DNA of 64,000 nt from an uncultured Acidimicrobiia bacterium (GTDB taxonomy: Bacteria > Actinomycetota > Acidimicrobiia > IMCC26256 > JAENVU01): positions 773,078 through 837,077 of the forward strand of contig CAVXVA010000008.1 of NCBI GenBank assembly GCA_963765075.1, written 5' to 3'. A program made the translations under genes and the position numbers. A model generated the notes under the pieces. The model had not been told where the DNA came from. It made no database searches and saw nothing but the letters and a program-made list of their open reading frames with translations. Of this stretch, positions 50,339-61,100 are shown one piece after another (positions within the stretch are counted from its first letter, which is position 1; each line of letters starts with the position of its first letter).

Positions 50339-52465
50339 GGTCGGACCGCCGCCGTCGACTCCAACCAGTTCGCAGACGAGAAGCCGCGCCGCGCCAGCGC
50401 GGCGACGTCACGATGTGAGACCGGCGGCGAGTAGAGGAAGCCCTGGCCGGATCGACAGCCCATGTCGCGAAGTACATAGTGCACCGCGGCCGATTCGATG
50501 CCTTCGGCCACCGTCTCCAGTCCGAGATTCGAGGCCAGCTCGATGATCGAGTGCACGATGGCACGGTCGCTTTCACTGCTGAGCATTGCCGACACGAAGC
50601 TGCGATCGATCTTGACGGCGCTCACTGGGAGGTTCCGCAGACTCGCGAGCGACGAGTAGCCCGTACCGAAGTCGTCGATCGAAACATCGATGCCCATCTC
50701 GTGGATTGCGCCAAGCACATGAAGCACGCGTACGGGGTCTGTCATGACTGCGTTCTCGGTGATCTCGAGTTCGAGCCATTTCGGGTCGGCGCCTGCCGCG
50801 AGCATCCTGCTCGCGACCCGTTGGGCGAAGCGCAAGTCGTGCAGATTCTGGGCCGAGGCATTGACTGCAACCCGCAGCGCAACGCCCGCGTCGGCCCATT
50901 GCCGCCGGTGTTCGAGTGCAGTCGCGATGATCCAATCGGTCATCGGCTCCATGAGTTCGGTGTGCTCGGCTAACGGAACGAACTGGTCGGGCCGGATGGT
51001 TCCCAACACCGGATGTTCCCAACGCACCAACGCCTCAACGCCCTCGCACCTGCCCGTCGAGAGATGAACTTTCGGCTGGAACTCGAGCCTCAGCTGATCC
51101 GTCTCGATTGCGACGGACAGCTCTGAGAGCAGGCTCAACCGGCCGCCCGATTGCCGGTCGCGTCCGGCGTCGTACTCGCGGATGCCGGTGCCATCATGCT
51201 TTGCGGCGTACATTGCGACGTCGGCTCGCTGCATCAGCTCGTCGACGTCTTTCCCGTTCTGCGGGAAGAGCGATACGCCGACGCTCGCGCCGATCTTTAC
51301 TGGGAATCCGCGAATCAGACACGGCTGCTCCAGCGCCAACATGATTCGATCACTCATTGTGCGCGCGGTCTCAATTCCAGTGACAGGCCGGACCAACACC
51401 GAGAATTCATCGCCGCCGAGCCGGGCCACCACATCAGTCGGTCGACATGCCGCGCTCGAGGCGCGCTCCGACTTCTTTGAGTACCAGGTCACCGACGTGA
51501 TGGCCGAGTTCATCGTTGATGGCCTTGAACGCATCGAGGTCGATCATGATCACCGCAAGTTGCTCGTTTCGCAGCTCGGCCGTTCGTACCGCGTTCGTAG
51601 CCTGCTGGAGGAACGATCGGCGGTTGGGGAGCTCCGACAGGAGGTCGTAGTCGGCTTCGTACTGGCGAGCCTCCGCGATGCACGCGCTGCGATAGACCGC
51701 CCACGTCGAGAGAAACAGCAGCGGAACCAACGCGGGAGTATTCCGTCCGGTGGCGACGAAGATCGGCGCTACCGCGAGGAGTAGTCCGTCGGTAAAGAAG
51801 TTCAGCGCAACGACGGAGCGGACGACGACGCCGATCTCGCGGTTGGAATGCAGCGCGACAACAAGGCCGACCAACACGCCGTTGCTCGCAAAGATCGCGA
51901 ACGCGGCGGCAATGGCGGCGGCGACCCAGGCGACCGACGGGTTGCTCGGCTGGACTGTGGAACCCGCCACGACGGTCAACACCGCACCGCCGAGTGCGAG
52001 CGACAGGATCAACTGAGCTGAGTTGAACAGTGCCCGACCGATGGGCTTCCGGTTCAGCAGGTCACCGGTGAGACTCGCGGCGCACACCCCGGCGATGGCG
52101 AGACCGGCCGGCCCGACGAGCAGAAGTGCGTATGCGAACGTCCACGACGCGGTGACCTCGGCACCGGACTTCTTCCGGATCCAGGACACAGGCCGAAGCT
52201 CGGTGACGAACAGACAGCTGAGCAACAACCAGCCGAACTCGTCGATATGAGTGACTGAATCCCACGGCCGCGTGAGGATCTCGATGAGCACGAGCACGAG
52301 CGCACCGGCGACCGTCACCGCGGTGACGTAGAGACGCGCCATCGAGTCGGTGCTGCGTTGCCCTCGTAACCTCACGGGACCCGGGCCCGTCGAGTCGTGG
52401 GGGCTGCAGGGCCCAGGACTTGGAGTCTCCGGTTCATCTGTGGTGTTTCGACCGGAATCCGCCAT
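50335..52465 (-). pseudogene. membrane-sensor GGDEF-EAL protein (c-di-GMP turnover), single frameshift at ~51447-51457
   Basis: ORF 51434..52465 carries about 7 TM segments and the start of the GGDEF domain (...DLDAFKAINDELGHHVGDLVLKEVGARLER). ORF 50335..51534 continues ...ACRPTDVVARLGGDEFSVLV, then the EAL domain (EALVRWEHP, DDFGTGYSSL, QGFLYSPP). The start is ATG 52465 or ATG 52342 (MARLYV). Confidence 0.8.
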
Positions 52466-52556
52466 GACTCAACCCTCAAACCCGAGCGTAGGAGTCCGGA
52501 GCACGGTACGTCGTCACCGGGGACGCCATGGTCCCCGGTGACGACACCGTCGACGA

Positions 52557-52685
52557 TCAGCCGAGGAGATCGAGGATGGCTTCGACCACCCGGTGCCACT
52601 TGACCGGGGCGCCGAGCGTGAACACGGAGCCGGCGATAAGCGCGGGGACCATCAGACGAGATGTGATCGAACGAACTTTGGACAT
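52557..52685 (-). CDS. candidate 42-aa small hydrophobic protein upstream of the GGDEF-EAL gene
   Basis: It reads MSKVRSITSRLMVPALIAGSVFTLGAPVKWHRVVEAILDLLG. AAAGGAAA lies 8 nt upstream of the ATG. It sits in a low-GC, otherwise non-coding stretch. Coding status is unproven. Confidence 0.35.
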   Translation of the reverse strand: MSKVRSITSRLMVPALIAGSVFTLGAPVKWHRVVEAILDLLG

Positions 52686-53255
52686 TGGGGGTTTCCTTTC
52701 GGGGCAAGACAGGCTGACCATGCGTGATTTCACGGATACTCCTTCAAGAGCATCGAGATCGGCCGTCGGAGAATCCCGGTGAACAGTTGCGGAGCTGGAG
52801 ACCAACTCCGGTGAGCTGCAAACCACACGACACCTCCTCGATACCGAGCTCTCGCTCGACCAAGGACGTCGGGTTCGCCACTGACTCACTCCCCACCAGG
52901 CGACCAAATTCGGCCGGGAGATCACTGTCTCGTCCTATTTACCAATCACGCCATGTGTGGCGCTTGATTGACATATCGGTCATTCCCGAGCCGGCTTGAG
53001 CGTTTTCTGAAACAATTTTCGGAAGGGGCCAGGCATCCCAGCGGCGAGGCGTTCCAGAGTTCCGTCCATCGTCTGGCGGTTGCGGCCCTATGCCATCACA
53101 CCGACGCGCCTCGGCATTGGGCTCGAAGGAACGATCAAAGAAGTCACCGTCGCGGCTGTATGCACCTCTGAGTGTGAACGTGGGCTCATCGGAATGGGCC
53201 ACGGCACCGTCGAGGCGGCGGCGGGAAGCCGGAGCACCGAGGGGGGTGTCGGTGC

Positions 53256-53396
53256 TCAGCCGCGGGTGATGGGGATCTTCTTGGCTGCGGCGACGGCCGA
53301 ATCGACAGGGATCCGCACTTCGAGCATCCCGTCCTTGTACGAGCCCTTGACGTCGTCTTCGGTTGCGCCCTCGGGAAGGCGGACCGACCGGGTGGA
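53256..53396 (-). pseudogene. Hsp20/alpha-crystallin C-terminal remnant (about 46 codons)
   Basis: Reverse translation gives STRSVRLPEGATEDDVKGSYKDGMLEVRIPVDSAVAAAKKIPITRG*, the last two beta-strands of an alpha-crystallin domain (consensus F.R...LP.....I.A.Y.DGVL.V..P). Nothing Hsp20-like appears upstream in any frame. The GT4 stop codon (53407-53409) lies 10 nt away. Confidence 0.6.
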
Positions 53397-53406
53397 AGCC
53401 AATGGT

Positions 53407-54501
53407 CTAGGCAGTCGCCAGGACACTGACGAGCGCGGCGTCGCCCTGGGGGCGGGCTGGCTCGAAGGCGGGCATGGGCACCTGCTGACGCCCCGTCACG
53501 AGCCGTCGGTACAGCGCGAGGTGTTCGTCCACCATGTGCTGCATGGAGAACCGGGCGGCGACGTCGGCGCGACACGTGGCGCGATCGAGAGCGGTGACCT
53601 CACCGAGCCGGTCCACCATGTCGTCGTGATCCCGACAGATGAAGCCGGTCCGGCCGTGATCGATGATCTCGGGGGCCGCACCTTCGGCGAACGCGAGGAC
53701 CGGGGTTCCGGCCATGAGCGATTCGATCATGACGAGTCCGAACGGCTCGGGCCACCGGATCGGGTTGACGAGCGCCTCGGCTCCCGCGAGCAGATCATGC
53801 TTGTCCTGACCACCGACTTCACCGAGATACACCGCATCGGTCCCGAGCAGCGGCTCGACGGTCTCGGTGAAGTAGCTCCGCTCGGCGGGTTCCCACATCT
53901 TGGCCGCGATCAAGATCGTCTTGCCGGCCGCTCGGGCGATGTGGATCGCGCGGTCTACACCCTTGTTCGGGTGCATCCGCCCGAGGAACACCACGTAGCC
54001 GCCGTCGCCCTGTCCGATCGGAAACCGCTCGACGTCGATGCCGTGGTGGATCACGGCGGCGACCGGAACGGTCGGCGCCGAGCTGCGCTGATGGTGCGAG
54101 ATCGCGACGACCCACGCCTGCTTGGCGACGCTCCGGTAGAGCTCGGTGAGTTCGGGGGTGAACTCCCCGTGGACCGTCGTCACCACGGGGGGAGTCCGGC
54201 GCGTGTGCGCCCACAACGGGCCGAGCAATGTGTGGTCGTGGATCACATCACAGTCGGCGAGTTCAGCGTATGCAGCCTGGACATGGCCGAGCTCGTCGAG
54301 CATCGACCCGTTGGTTCCGATGGCATCCCTGTGCAGCCAGCGCCGCTCGACCGCGCAGGTCGAATCGCCGGTGGTGAAGAGCCGGACGTCATGACCCACG
54401 TTGGCGAAGCCACGACACAGATGGTCAATGACCACCTCGGTGCCGCCGTAGAGCGGTGGCGGCACTGCAACCCACGGTGGCGCGATCACACCAATCTTCA
54501 T
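53407..54501 (-). CDS. glycosyltransferase family 4 (GT-B, GlgA/MshA-like)
   Basis: Start MKIGVIAPPWVAVPPPLYGGTEVV. The C-terminal EX7E region reads VNPIRWPEPFGLVMIESLMAGTPVLA. Confidence 0.85.
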   Translation of the reverse strand: MKIGVIAPPWVAVPPPLYGGTEVVIDHLCRGFANVGHDVRLFTTGDSTCAVERRWLHRDAIGTNGSMLDELGHVQAAYAELADCDVIHDHTLLGPLWAHTRRTPPVVTTVHGEFTPELTELYRSVAKQAWVVAISHHQRSSAPTVPVAAVIHHGIDVERFPIGQGDGGYVVFLGRMHPNKGVDRAIHIARAAGKTILIAAKMWEPAERSYFTETVEPLLGTDAVYLGEVGGQDKHDLLAGAEALVNPIRWPEPFGLVMIESLMAGTPVLAFAEGAAPEIIDHGRTGFICRDHDDMVDRLGEVTALDRATCRADVAARFSMQHMVDEHLALYRRLVTGRQQVPMPAFEPARPQGDAALVSVLATA

Positions 54502-54747
54502 TTTCCCGATCTTCGTGAGGTCCGACACGGGAATCACATCCTCCCATGCTCTTGGCAACGAAACGCTCACGAATCTGTGAGCCATCTCCGCCGAGGTCCT
54601 GGGCAGCCTCCGCGGTAACTCGACGACTCAAGTTTCCGGGATACGCGCGCCCCTGCTCAGAGCCGAAGGTCCCGAAATCGCGAGATGTTGGTGGCGCCGC
54701 TGGAGGAGGTCCTCGCGCACTGCGCAGCCGTCGTATCTTCTTGACGG

Positions 54748-56865
54748 ATGAACGACCCGTGGACCGAGTCCTCCAGTGCGTCTCTCGCCGATTCCGGCGA
54801 GATGGTGACCCTCGTCGACGAGTCGACGTTCTGTATTTCGGACGCCAGGGGGGAAATCCTCGCGAATCGTCCCCATGGGTTCTTCTTCCGCGACACCCGG
54901 TTCGTCTCCGGGTTGACCCTCCGACTCGATGGTCGACCGTTGGAGTCGCTCGACGCGGTCACGATCGATCCGTTCAGCGCGACCTTCGTGCTTCGCGGTC
55001 GGCCTCCGGCCGGACACGCGGACTCGCCGCTGCTGTTGCTTCGGCACCGACACGTTGGGCACGGAATGCGCGACGACCTGGTGATCCGGAATTACTCGAC
55101 CGAAGCGATCGCGTGCACGCTCGATATCGAGGTGGAGTGCGACTTCGCCGACTTGTTCGACGTCAAGTCGGGTCGCATGGAAACCGCGGGTCTTGCCAGC
55201 CGCGAGCACGACGATCGGACGCTGGTGTTCGCGTTCCGCCGAGGCGGGTTCGCGCGCTCGACGCGAGTGGAGTTGGCGAACGGCGGTCGGGTGCTGGAGG
55301 ACGCGGCGCGATTCGAGGTCGTTGTTCCTGCCGGTGGGCAATGGAGTAGCTGCCTGCAGATCGTCCCGGTGGTGGACGAGACCCCCGCCCGCCCCCGCCA
55401 CCCTTGCGGGCGGCCGGTCGAGCACGCAGTGCCGGCGACGCGTCTGGCCGAGTGGCGGCGCAAGCTTCCGGAGCTCGCCGTCGAGCACGAGGACTTTCGC
55501 CGGCTCCTGGATCGGTCGACCGATGCGCTTGCATCGTTGCGCATCTTCGATCCGCAACATTCGCGTCGGATCGTGGTCGCGGCCGGTGCGCCCTGGTTCA
55601 TGACTCTGTTCGGGCGGGACTCGCTCCTCACGTCGTGGATGGCACTCCTCGTGGATCAGGAGCTTGCGCTCGGGACCCTCCAGACGCTCGCTGAGTTCCA
55701 GGGCAAAGCGGTGAATCCGCGCACCGAAGAACAACCGGGCCGGATACTCCACGAGATTCGGTTCGGAGAGCGCGCCCAACTCTCGCTCGGCGGCGGGAGC
55801 GTCTACTACGGAACCGCCGACGCGAGTCCACTCTTCGTCATGGTGCTCGACGAGTTGGAGCGGTGGGGCGCGCCGCGTGCGCAGATCGATGCATTGCTCC
55901 CGGCTGCGGATCGCGCGCTGGCATGGATCGACGAGTACGGGGATCTCGACGGAGACGGCTACGTCGAGTACCAGCGCGCGACTCCCGCCGGCCTCGAGAA
56001 CCAGGGATGGAAGGACTCCTGGGATTCGACACGCTTCGCCAACGGCGATCTCGCTCATGCGCCGATTGCGTTGTGTGAGGTGCAGGCGTACGTCTACGCG
56101 GCGTGGCTCGGCCGCGCGCGTCTCGCACGTCGGCGTGGCGAGGTCGAACTCGCGGGGCGGCTCGAGACTCGCGCATCGAATCTCAAACGCGCATTCAACC
56201 GCGACTTCTTCATCGAGGATCGAGGCTGGTACGCGATGGGTCTCGACCGCGACAAGCAGCCGCTCGACGCATTGACGTCGAACATCGGGCACTGCTTGTG
56301 GGCAGGCATCGTCGACGCCGAGCGCGCGCCGCTGGTGGCGACCCACCTGACCTCGGCCGAGATGTTCACCGGCTGGGGGGTCCGGACTCTCGGCGCAACC
56401 ATGACCGGGTACAACCCGCTCAGCTATCACAACGGCAGCGTCTGGCCTCACGACACGGCGATCTGCGTGGCGGGGTTGCACCAGTACGGCTTCCACGACG
56501 AGGCCGCCATCATCGCTCGCGGGCTCATCGCGTCCGCCGCCCATTCCGGCCACCTCCTGCCGGAGCTGTTCGGAGGCCTGTCGCGTGACGAGGTCGCGTT
56601 TCCGGTCAGCTACCCAACGGCTTGCTCACCCCAGGCCTGGGCCGCGGCCGCGCCATTGCTCGTCCTCCGCTCGCTGCTCGGCCTCGAGGTGGATGCACCA
56701 GCCGGGTTGCTTCGCCATGCTTCGTCGGTTCCCGACTGGCTGGGCCGGGTCCGTATCGAAGGGATCCCGGTCGGGGACGGTCGGCTGGGCATCGAGGCCA
56801 CCGCGGACGGAGTCAAGGTGGTGACGGCCCCGGCCGGCATGACCACCGGACCGTCGCCGAGCTGA
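54748..56865 (+). CDS. amylo-alpha-1,6-glucosidase / glycogen-debranching-enzyme-type protein (GDE_N + GDE_C)
   Basis: Motifs HGFFFRDTRFVS, PWFMTLFGRDSLLTS, GRILHEIRFGE, GYVEYQR, GLENQGWKDSWDS and YHNGSVWPHDT are present. Confidence 0.85.
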   Translation: MNDPWTESSSASLADSGEMVTLVDESTFCISDARGEILANRPHGFFFRDTRFVSGLTLRLDGRPLESLDAVTIDPFSATFVLRGRPPAGHADSPLLLLRHRHVGHGMRDDLVIRNYSTEAIACTLDIEVECDFADLFDVKSGRMETAGLASREHDDRTLVFAFRRGGFARSTRVELANGGRVLEDAARFEVVVPAGGQWSSCLQIVPVVDETPARPRHPCGRPVEHAVPATRLAEWRRKLPELAVEHEDFRRLLDRSTDALASLRIFDPQHSRRIVVAAGAPWFMTLFGRDSLLTSWMALLVDQELALGTLQTLAEFQGKAVNPRTEEQPGRILHEIRFGERAQLSLGGGSVYYGTADASPLFVMVLDELERWGAPRAQIDALLPAADRALAWIDEYGDLDGDGYVEYQRATPAGLENQGWKDSWDSTRFANGDLAHAPIALCEVQAYVYAAWLGRARLARRRGEVELAGRLETRASNLKRAFNRDFFIEDRGWYAMGLDRDKQPLDALTSNIGHCLWAGIVDAERAPLVATHLTSAEMFTGWGVRTLGATMTGYNPLSYHNGSVWPHDTAICVAGLHQYGFHDEAAIIARGLIASAAHSGHLLPELFGGLSRDEVAFPVSYPTACSPQAWAAAAPLLVLRSLLGLEVDAPAGLLRHASSVPDWLGRVRIEGIPVGDGRLGIEATADGVKVVTAPAGMTTGPSPS

Positions 56866-57000
56866 CGAGCCTCAACCCGCCCGGCGACCGGCCGCGCCGA
56901 TTCCGACCCCACCCCGGACATGACCTTCGGCCCTGGCTGGATGATCGGCGGTCCTGGGAAGATCGAGCGGTTGCGGGAACAAGCAGGAGGAGTGATCGTG

Positions 57001-57273
57001 ATGGCGGTACACGCGGACTTCGGGTTCGGCGGGATCGACGGGTGCCCGGCGTGTGGCTCGGGCCAGTTGGTCGCCGCCCCTGACGGCGGGCCGGCCAACT
57101 TCCTGTGCGTGGAGTGCCGCCAGTGTTGGCACCTCTCGATGGGTTGGGCCCAACGGGTGGATCCACAGTTCTGTGGCACCTGCGTCGAACGTGGTCGCTG
57201 CCTCGCGGCTTCCGGTGTGATCGACCTGACTCGCGAGTCGTTCCCATCGGGCTCGCGATCGTCCGTGGCCTGA
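57001..57273 (+). CDS. hypothetical zinc-ribbon protein
   Basis: ATG 57001 lies 9 nt after AGGAGGA. Three CxxC pairs are present (CPACGSG, CVECRQC, CGTCVERGRC). 90 aa. Confidence 0.5.
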   Translation: MAVHADFGFGGIDGCPACGSGQLVAAPDGGPANFLCVECRQCWHLSMGWAQRVDPQFCGTCVERGRCLAASGVIDLTRESFPSGSRSSVA

Positions 57274-57313
57274 AACGGGTTGTTGAACGCGGGCCGGAGT
57301 CACCACGACTGGG

Positions 57314-58105
57314 TTACTCGGCGTCTCCCGGCGATGGACTCTCGCTGCCGCGCACGGGTTCCACCGGGAGAAAGAACAGCGGGACCGGGCTGTGAGCCAA
57401 GAGATCCTTGACGACATCGGCTCGACCGGACTCGAGGCGCTGGCCCCATACGATCGCGATCAGGTCGACGTCGCGGGTGGCGGCCGTGGCGAGGATCTCC
57501 TCGGCGGGCGTGCCCACTCGCAGCTCCAGTCCCGCTTCCGTGTCCGGCGCGAAACGTTCGATGAACTCCTCGGCGAACGCCTCGGTTTCATGTTGCGGCT
57601 GGTCGGTAAACATCGGAACCCGATCTTCGTCACAGACGTACACGACGATCGCCTCGATGCCGGCCTCGGCTGCGAGAGCGATCGCGACCTGAGCTCGTTC
57701 GGCGGACTCCGTGGTGCCATCGAGCGGCACGAGCATCCGGCGCAGCGCTCGCGTGTCCCCGCTGGTCGGCGGGACGACAATCAGCGGTGTCGTGACGGAC
57801 GTGAGGAGTGCCAGCGTGACGTGGCCGGTCGGCCGAGCCGAATCCGGTCGGCGCCGGGCACCAACCACGACGGCACCGACGTCCGGCGCGCCCGCGGCGG
57901 CTGCAATCTGCTCGACGACGTTCCCTGAGACATCCCGGATCGTGACACCCTGTTGTCCAACTTCTGCGGGTTTGGGCTCGTGGCCGTCTTCGCGCACATG
58001 GAGCGCCTCGGCGGTGGCGGCGGTCGCCGTCGCCAGCGCCGTCGCCATGGCGAGCACCGCCGGCGCAGTCTCGGAGTCGTCGATTGCCGCGAGGATCCTG
58101 GTCAT
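57314..58105 (-). CDS. tandem-domain universal stress protein
   Basis: Two USP domains are present (ILAAIDDSE...VVVGARRR...PLIVVP and MLVPLDGT...DLIAIVWGQR...PVPLFFLP). The start is probably ATG 58103-58105, overlapping the upstream stop (ATGA). Confidence 0.8.
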   Translation of the reverse strand: MTRILAAIDDSETAPAVLAMATALATATAATAEALHVREDGHEPKPAEVGQQGVTIRDVSGNVVEQIAAAAGAPDVGAVVVGARRRPDSARPTGHVTLALLTSVTTPLIVVPPTSGDTRALRRMLVPLDGTTESAERAQVAIALAAEAGIEAIVVYVCDEDRVPMFTDQPQHETEAFAEEFIERFAPDTEAGLELRVGTPAEEILATAATRDVDLIAIVWGQRLESGRADVVKDLLAHSPVPLFFLPVEPVRGSESPSPGDAE

Positions 58106-61100
58106 GGTCGGTCCTTCGGAAGAGGGCGCGTCGGGGTCCATCGGTCACCGGTTCGTAGGAAATCGGTGCCGGTGGCATCAGCCGTCGCCGACTCACCGCC
58201 GACACGAATCGGAGTCGGGCTGTCGGCGGTCACGCGAACCCGGCCGGATGTGGCTCGCACGGTGACTCGCCGTCCCTGGTAGCGACAGGAGAGTTCGATC
58301 GCGGCCCAACCCTCGGGCGTCTTCGGATCGACCTCGAGATAATCACGGTGCGCTCGTAGGCCGATGACGCCGAACGCAAGGGCCTGCCACACGGTTCCCA
58401 TCGTCGCGAGGTGGAGTCCACCGGCGGTGGTGTCGGTGAGGTCTTCGAGATCGATGTTGGCTGCGAGGTCCAGCATCGCGAGCGCCTCCTCGGTCCGGCC
58501 CATCCGGGCGAGCAGAGACGCATGGATACCGGGGGAGAGCGAGGAGCCGTGTGCGGTTCGTGGTTCGTAGTATGCGAAGTTCGGACCGAGCGACCCGGGC
58601 ATGACTTCGTCGGGCACCATGTGATGCAGCATGAGGACGTCGGCCTGTTTGATGATCTGGGACCGATGGACGACCTCCGGTCCGAGCAGCAGATCGGCGG
58701 CGATCGGTCGTCGCGGGGCCACTTCCGCGATGAGCAAAGGATCCAGCTTCGAGAACCCGGCGAATTGTTCGTACCGGCCCGTCGTCGGGTCATAGCCGTC
58801 CACGAGCGCGTCTGCGAGCGTCAACCACTGCTCCCGCTCCTCGTCGGCGACGATGGACGGCTCGAGCGCCGCGGCACGCCGGAGATTCCAGCGCGCCAGC
58901 ACGTTCGTGAACGCGTTGTCGTCGACTCCCTCGTGGTACTCGTCGGGGCCGATGACTCCGAAGAGGTGCGCGCGTCCGTCGGCGGTCACTCGCACTCGTG
59001 ATGCCCAGTACCGTGCGGTCTCGGTGAGCAATGTGGCGCCGGCGCCGGCGGCGAAGGTCGTGTCACCGGTCCAGTCGAGGTAGGTGGAGCACGCCCAGGC
59101 CACGCAGCCCACGATGTGTACTTCGAGCGTGCCCGTGCGGATCGGGACGACCTGACCGCGGCGATCACGTGCCTTCGACGGTGTGACATCGTGACCACTG
59201 CGGGCCGATTCCCACGGGAACCGGGCGCCGAGGCACCTCTCCGCCCTCGCCGCGTCACGGGCCGCAGGGAGGCGTCGAGCCCGGTATTCGAGCATGGCGC
59301 GCGCGGCCGCGGGGTGGGTCGCCGCGAGCGCCGGCAACACGAACACGTCGGCATCCCAGAAGACATGGCCGCGGTAGGCCGTCCCGGTGAGGCCGCGGGC
59401 GCCGACGGCAGCCTCACCGTCACCGGCCGCGGAGGCCAGCAGATGGCCCATCGCGAAGCGCGCGGCGCGTTGCAGCCTCGGGTCTCCGTCGATCGTGATC
59501 TGAGCGTTGCTCCAACGGTCCGCCCACGCCTGGCGATGTTCGTCGAGGAGACGCTCGAAGCCGGCCCCGGCGGCCGAGCGGAGCCGTGCCAGCGCCGCTC
59601 GAGGTTCCGGAGTCTCCGAGCCGTCGGCGATGTACGCCCCGATCCGTTCGATGAGCGCACGGCCGCCGGCGAGCGGTCGCTCGATCTGTGCAGCCGCCGC
59701 GGTGACGCCGCCCTCACTGGCTGCGATTCGCATCCAAGTGCCTTCCGGCGCGGATCCCGTTTCCGAGTCGGAACCTGCGGGGGTGATCAGGGGCGGGCAG
59801 CTGCGGGTGTCACCGCTGAGACAATCGGCCCGCAGCGCCATCGTGCCCGGGCGCGCCAGTGAGGAGAGCCGGAGAGAACGAAAGGAAACCCCATCCTCTT
59901 GGTGGGACTCGTGGAGCATGAACGTGCGCAGGTCGAGCACGCGACGGAGCGAGGTCGACGCCTCGGGCGGTCTCGACGAGATCTGATGCCAGATCGGACA
60001 CGAGGCCAACGCGGTCTCGGGCCCGCGTCCGTCGTAGATGCCGGCCGCGACCACCGCAGGTACTGCATGCGCGTCGTGGACGAGCGAGGAACCCCGCGTG
60101 CCGAATCGTCCGTCGGCGATCGTGAGGATCGCCTGGGTGGCGCGTTCGTGCTCATGGTCGTACCCCTCGACCGTGACCGCCCACGCGGGATCTTCGTCGA
60201 CGTCCGGGACGTCGCCTCGCATTCGCCGGTCGAGTTGGTCCCGGAGCAGCGCGACGAAGCGGTCGGGGCCACCGCCCAGGTGGACCACCGGCGTGGGCAC
60301 TCCGGCCGGTTCGACTCCCACCGACACCACCGTCGAGCGGGCCGCATCCTCACTCACCATGAACGAGTCGCTCCCGGGAACTCCGCCGAGTGGGCCGAAC
60401 TCGTCACCGCCGATCAGGACCAGCCCGCCGTTGATTCCGACGCCGCGCAGGCTCTCGAAGAGCCAGTGTGATGAGTCCGCCTTGTCGGTGAGCCCGATCT
60501 CGACGTGCTTGGCGTCACTGGTCACGCGGGCGTCGAGGAGACCCGCGTCGACGGCGGCCGCGCGGGCGATGGCGACGACTTCGGGCAGACCTGCGACGCC
60601 CAGGTCGTGGAGCCGCGCCGTCACGGCAGTGGCCAATCGTTCGATCTCCGCTTTGGGCGGGTCGTGCCACGCGGGTTCGGGGATGAGGTCGATCTTGCGA
60701 CGGTTGAGGCGCTGGGAGACGATCTCGGTGCGGAGGCCCCGCGCCGTGAGCGCGTCGACGGTCCGCCGCGGCCGCGGTGTCGAGGGCGAGATCCTCAGCC
60801 GGGGTCGCCGAACGCCGAGCGATGAGTCGGGGCCCGTTTCGGTCGACGGCGAACACCTCGGAACCGCGATTGAGCGCGAGGGTGAGTGCTCCGGGCCCAT
60901 CCGGGCGCGCCCGGAGCTGGCCGTCGACATTGGCCACATGCGTGCCGCTGACGATAGCGATACGCATTCCCCAGTGGCACAGCTCCTCGATGAGTTCCCG
61001 AACCTCGCCGGCGTCGCTCGACCGATCCGGCACTGCGGTCCCGTCCCAGTCGAAGATCAGCGCCTCGAACCTGCGGTTGACCACGTCGGTTCCCGCCTGC

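Noticed and set aside
52939-53202. 87-aa minus-strand ORF downstream of the hsp20 remnant
   Set aside because: GC3 is only about 60%, versus about 90% in real genes here. It has no motifs and no convincing RBS, so it is probably a chance ORF in a decayed region.
53080-56553. Long ORFs 53080..54618 (+) and 54628..56553 (-)
   Set aside because: They are antisense shadows of the GT4 and glycogen-debranching-type genes respectively, and contain no recognisable motifs.
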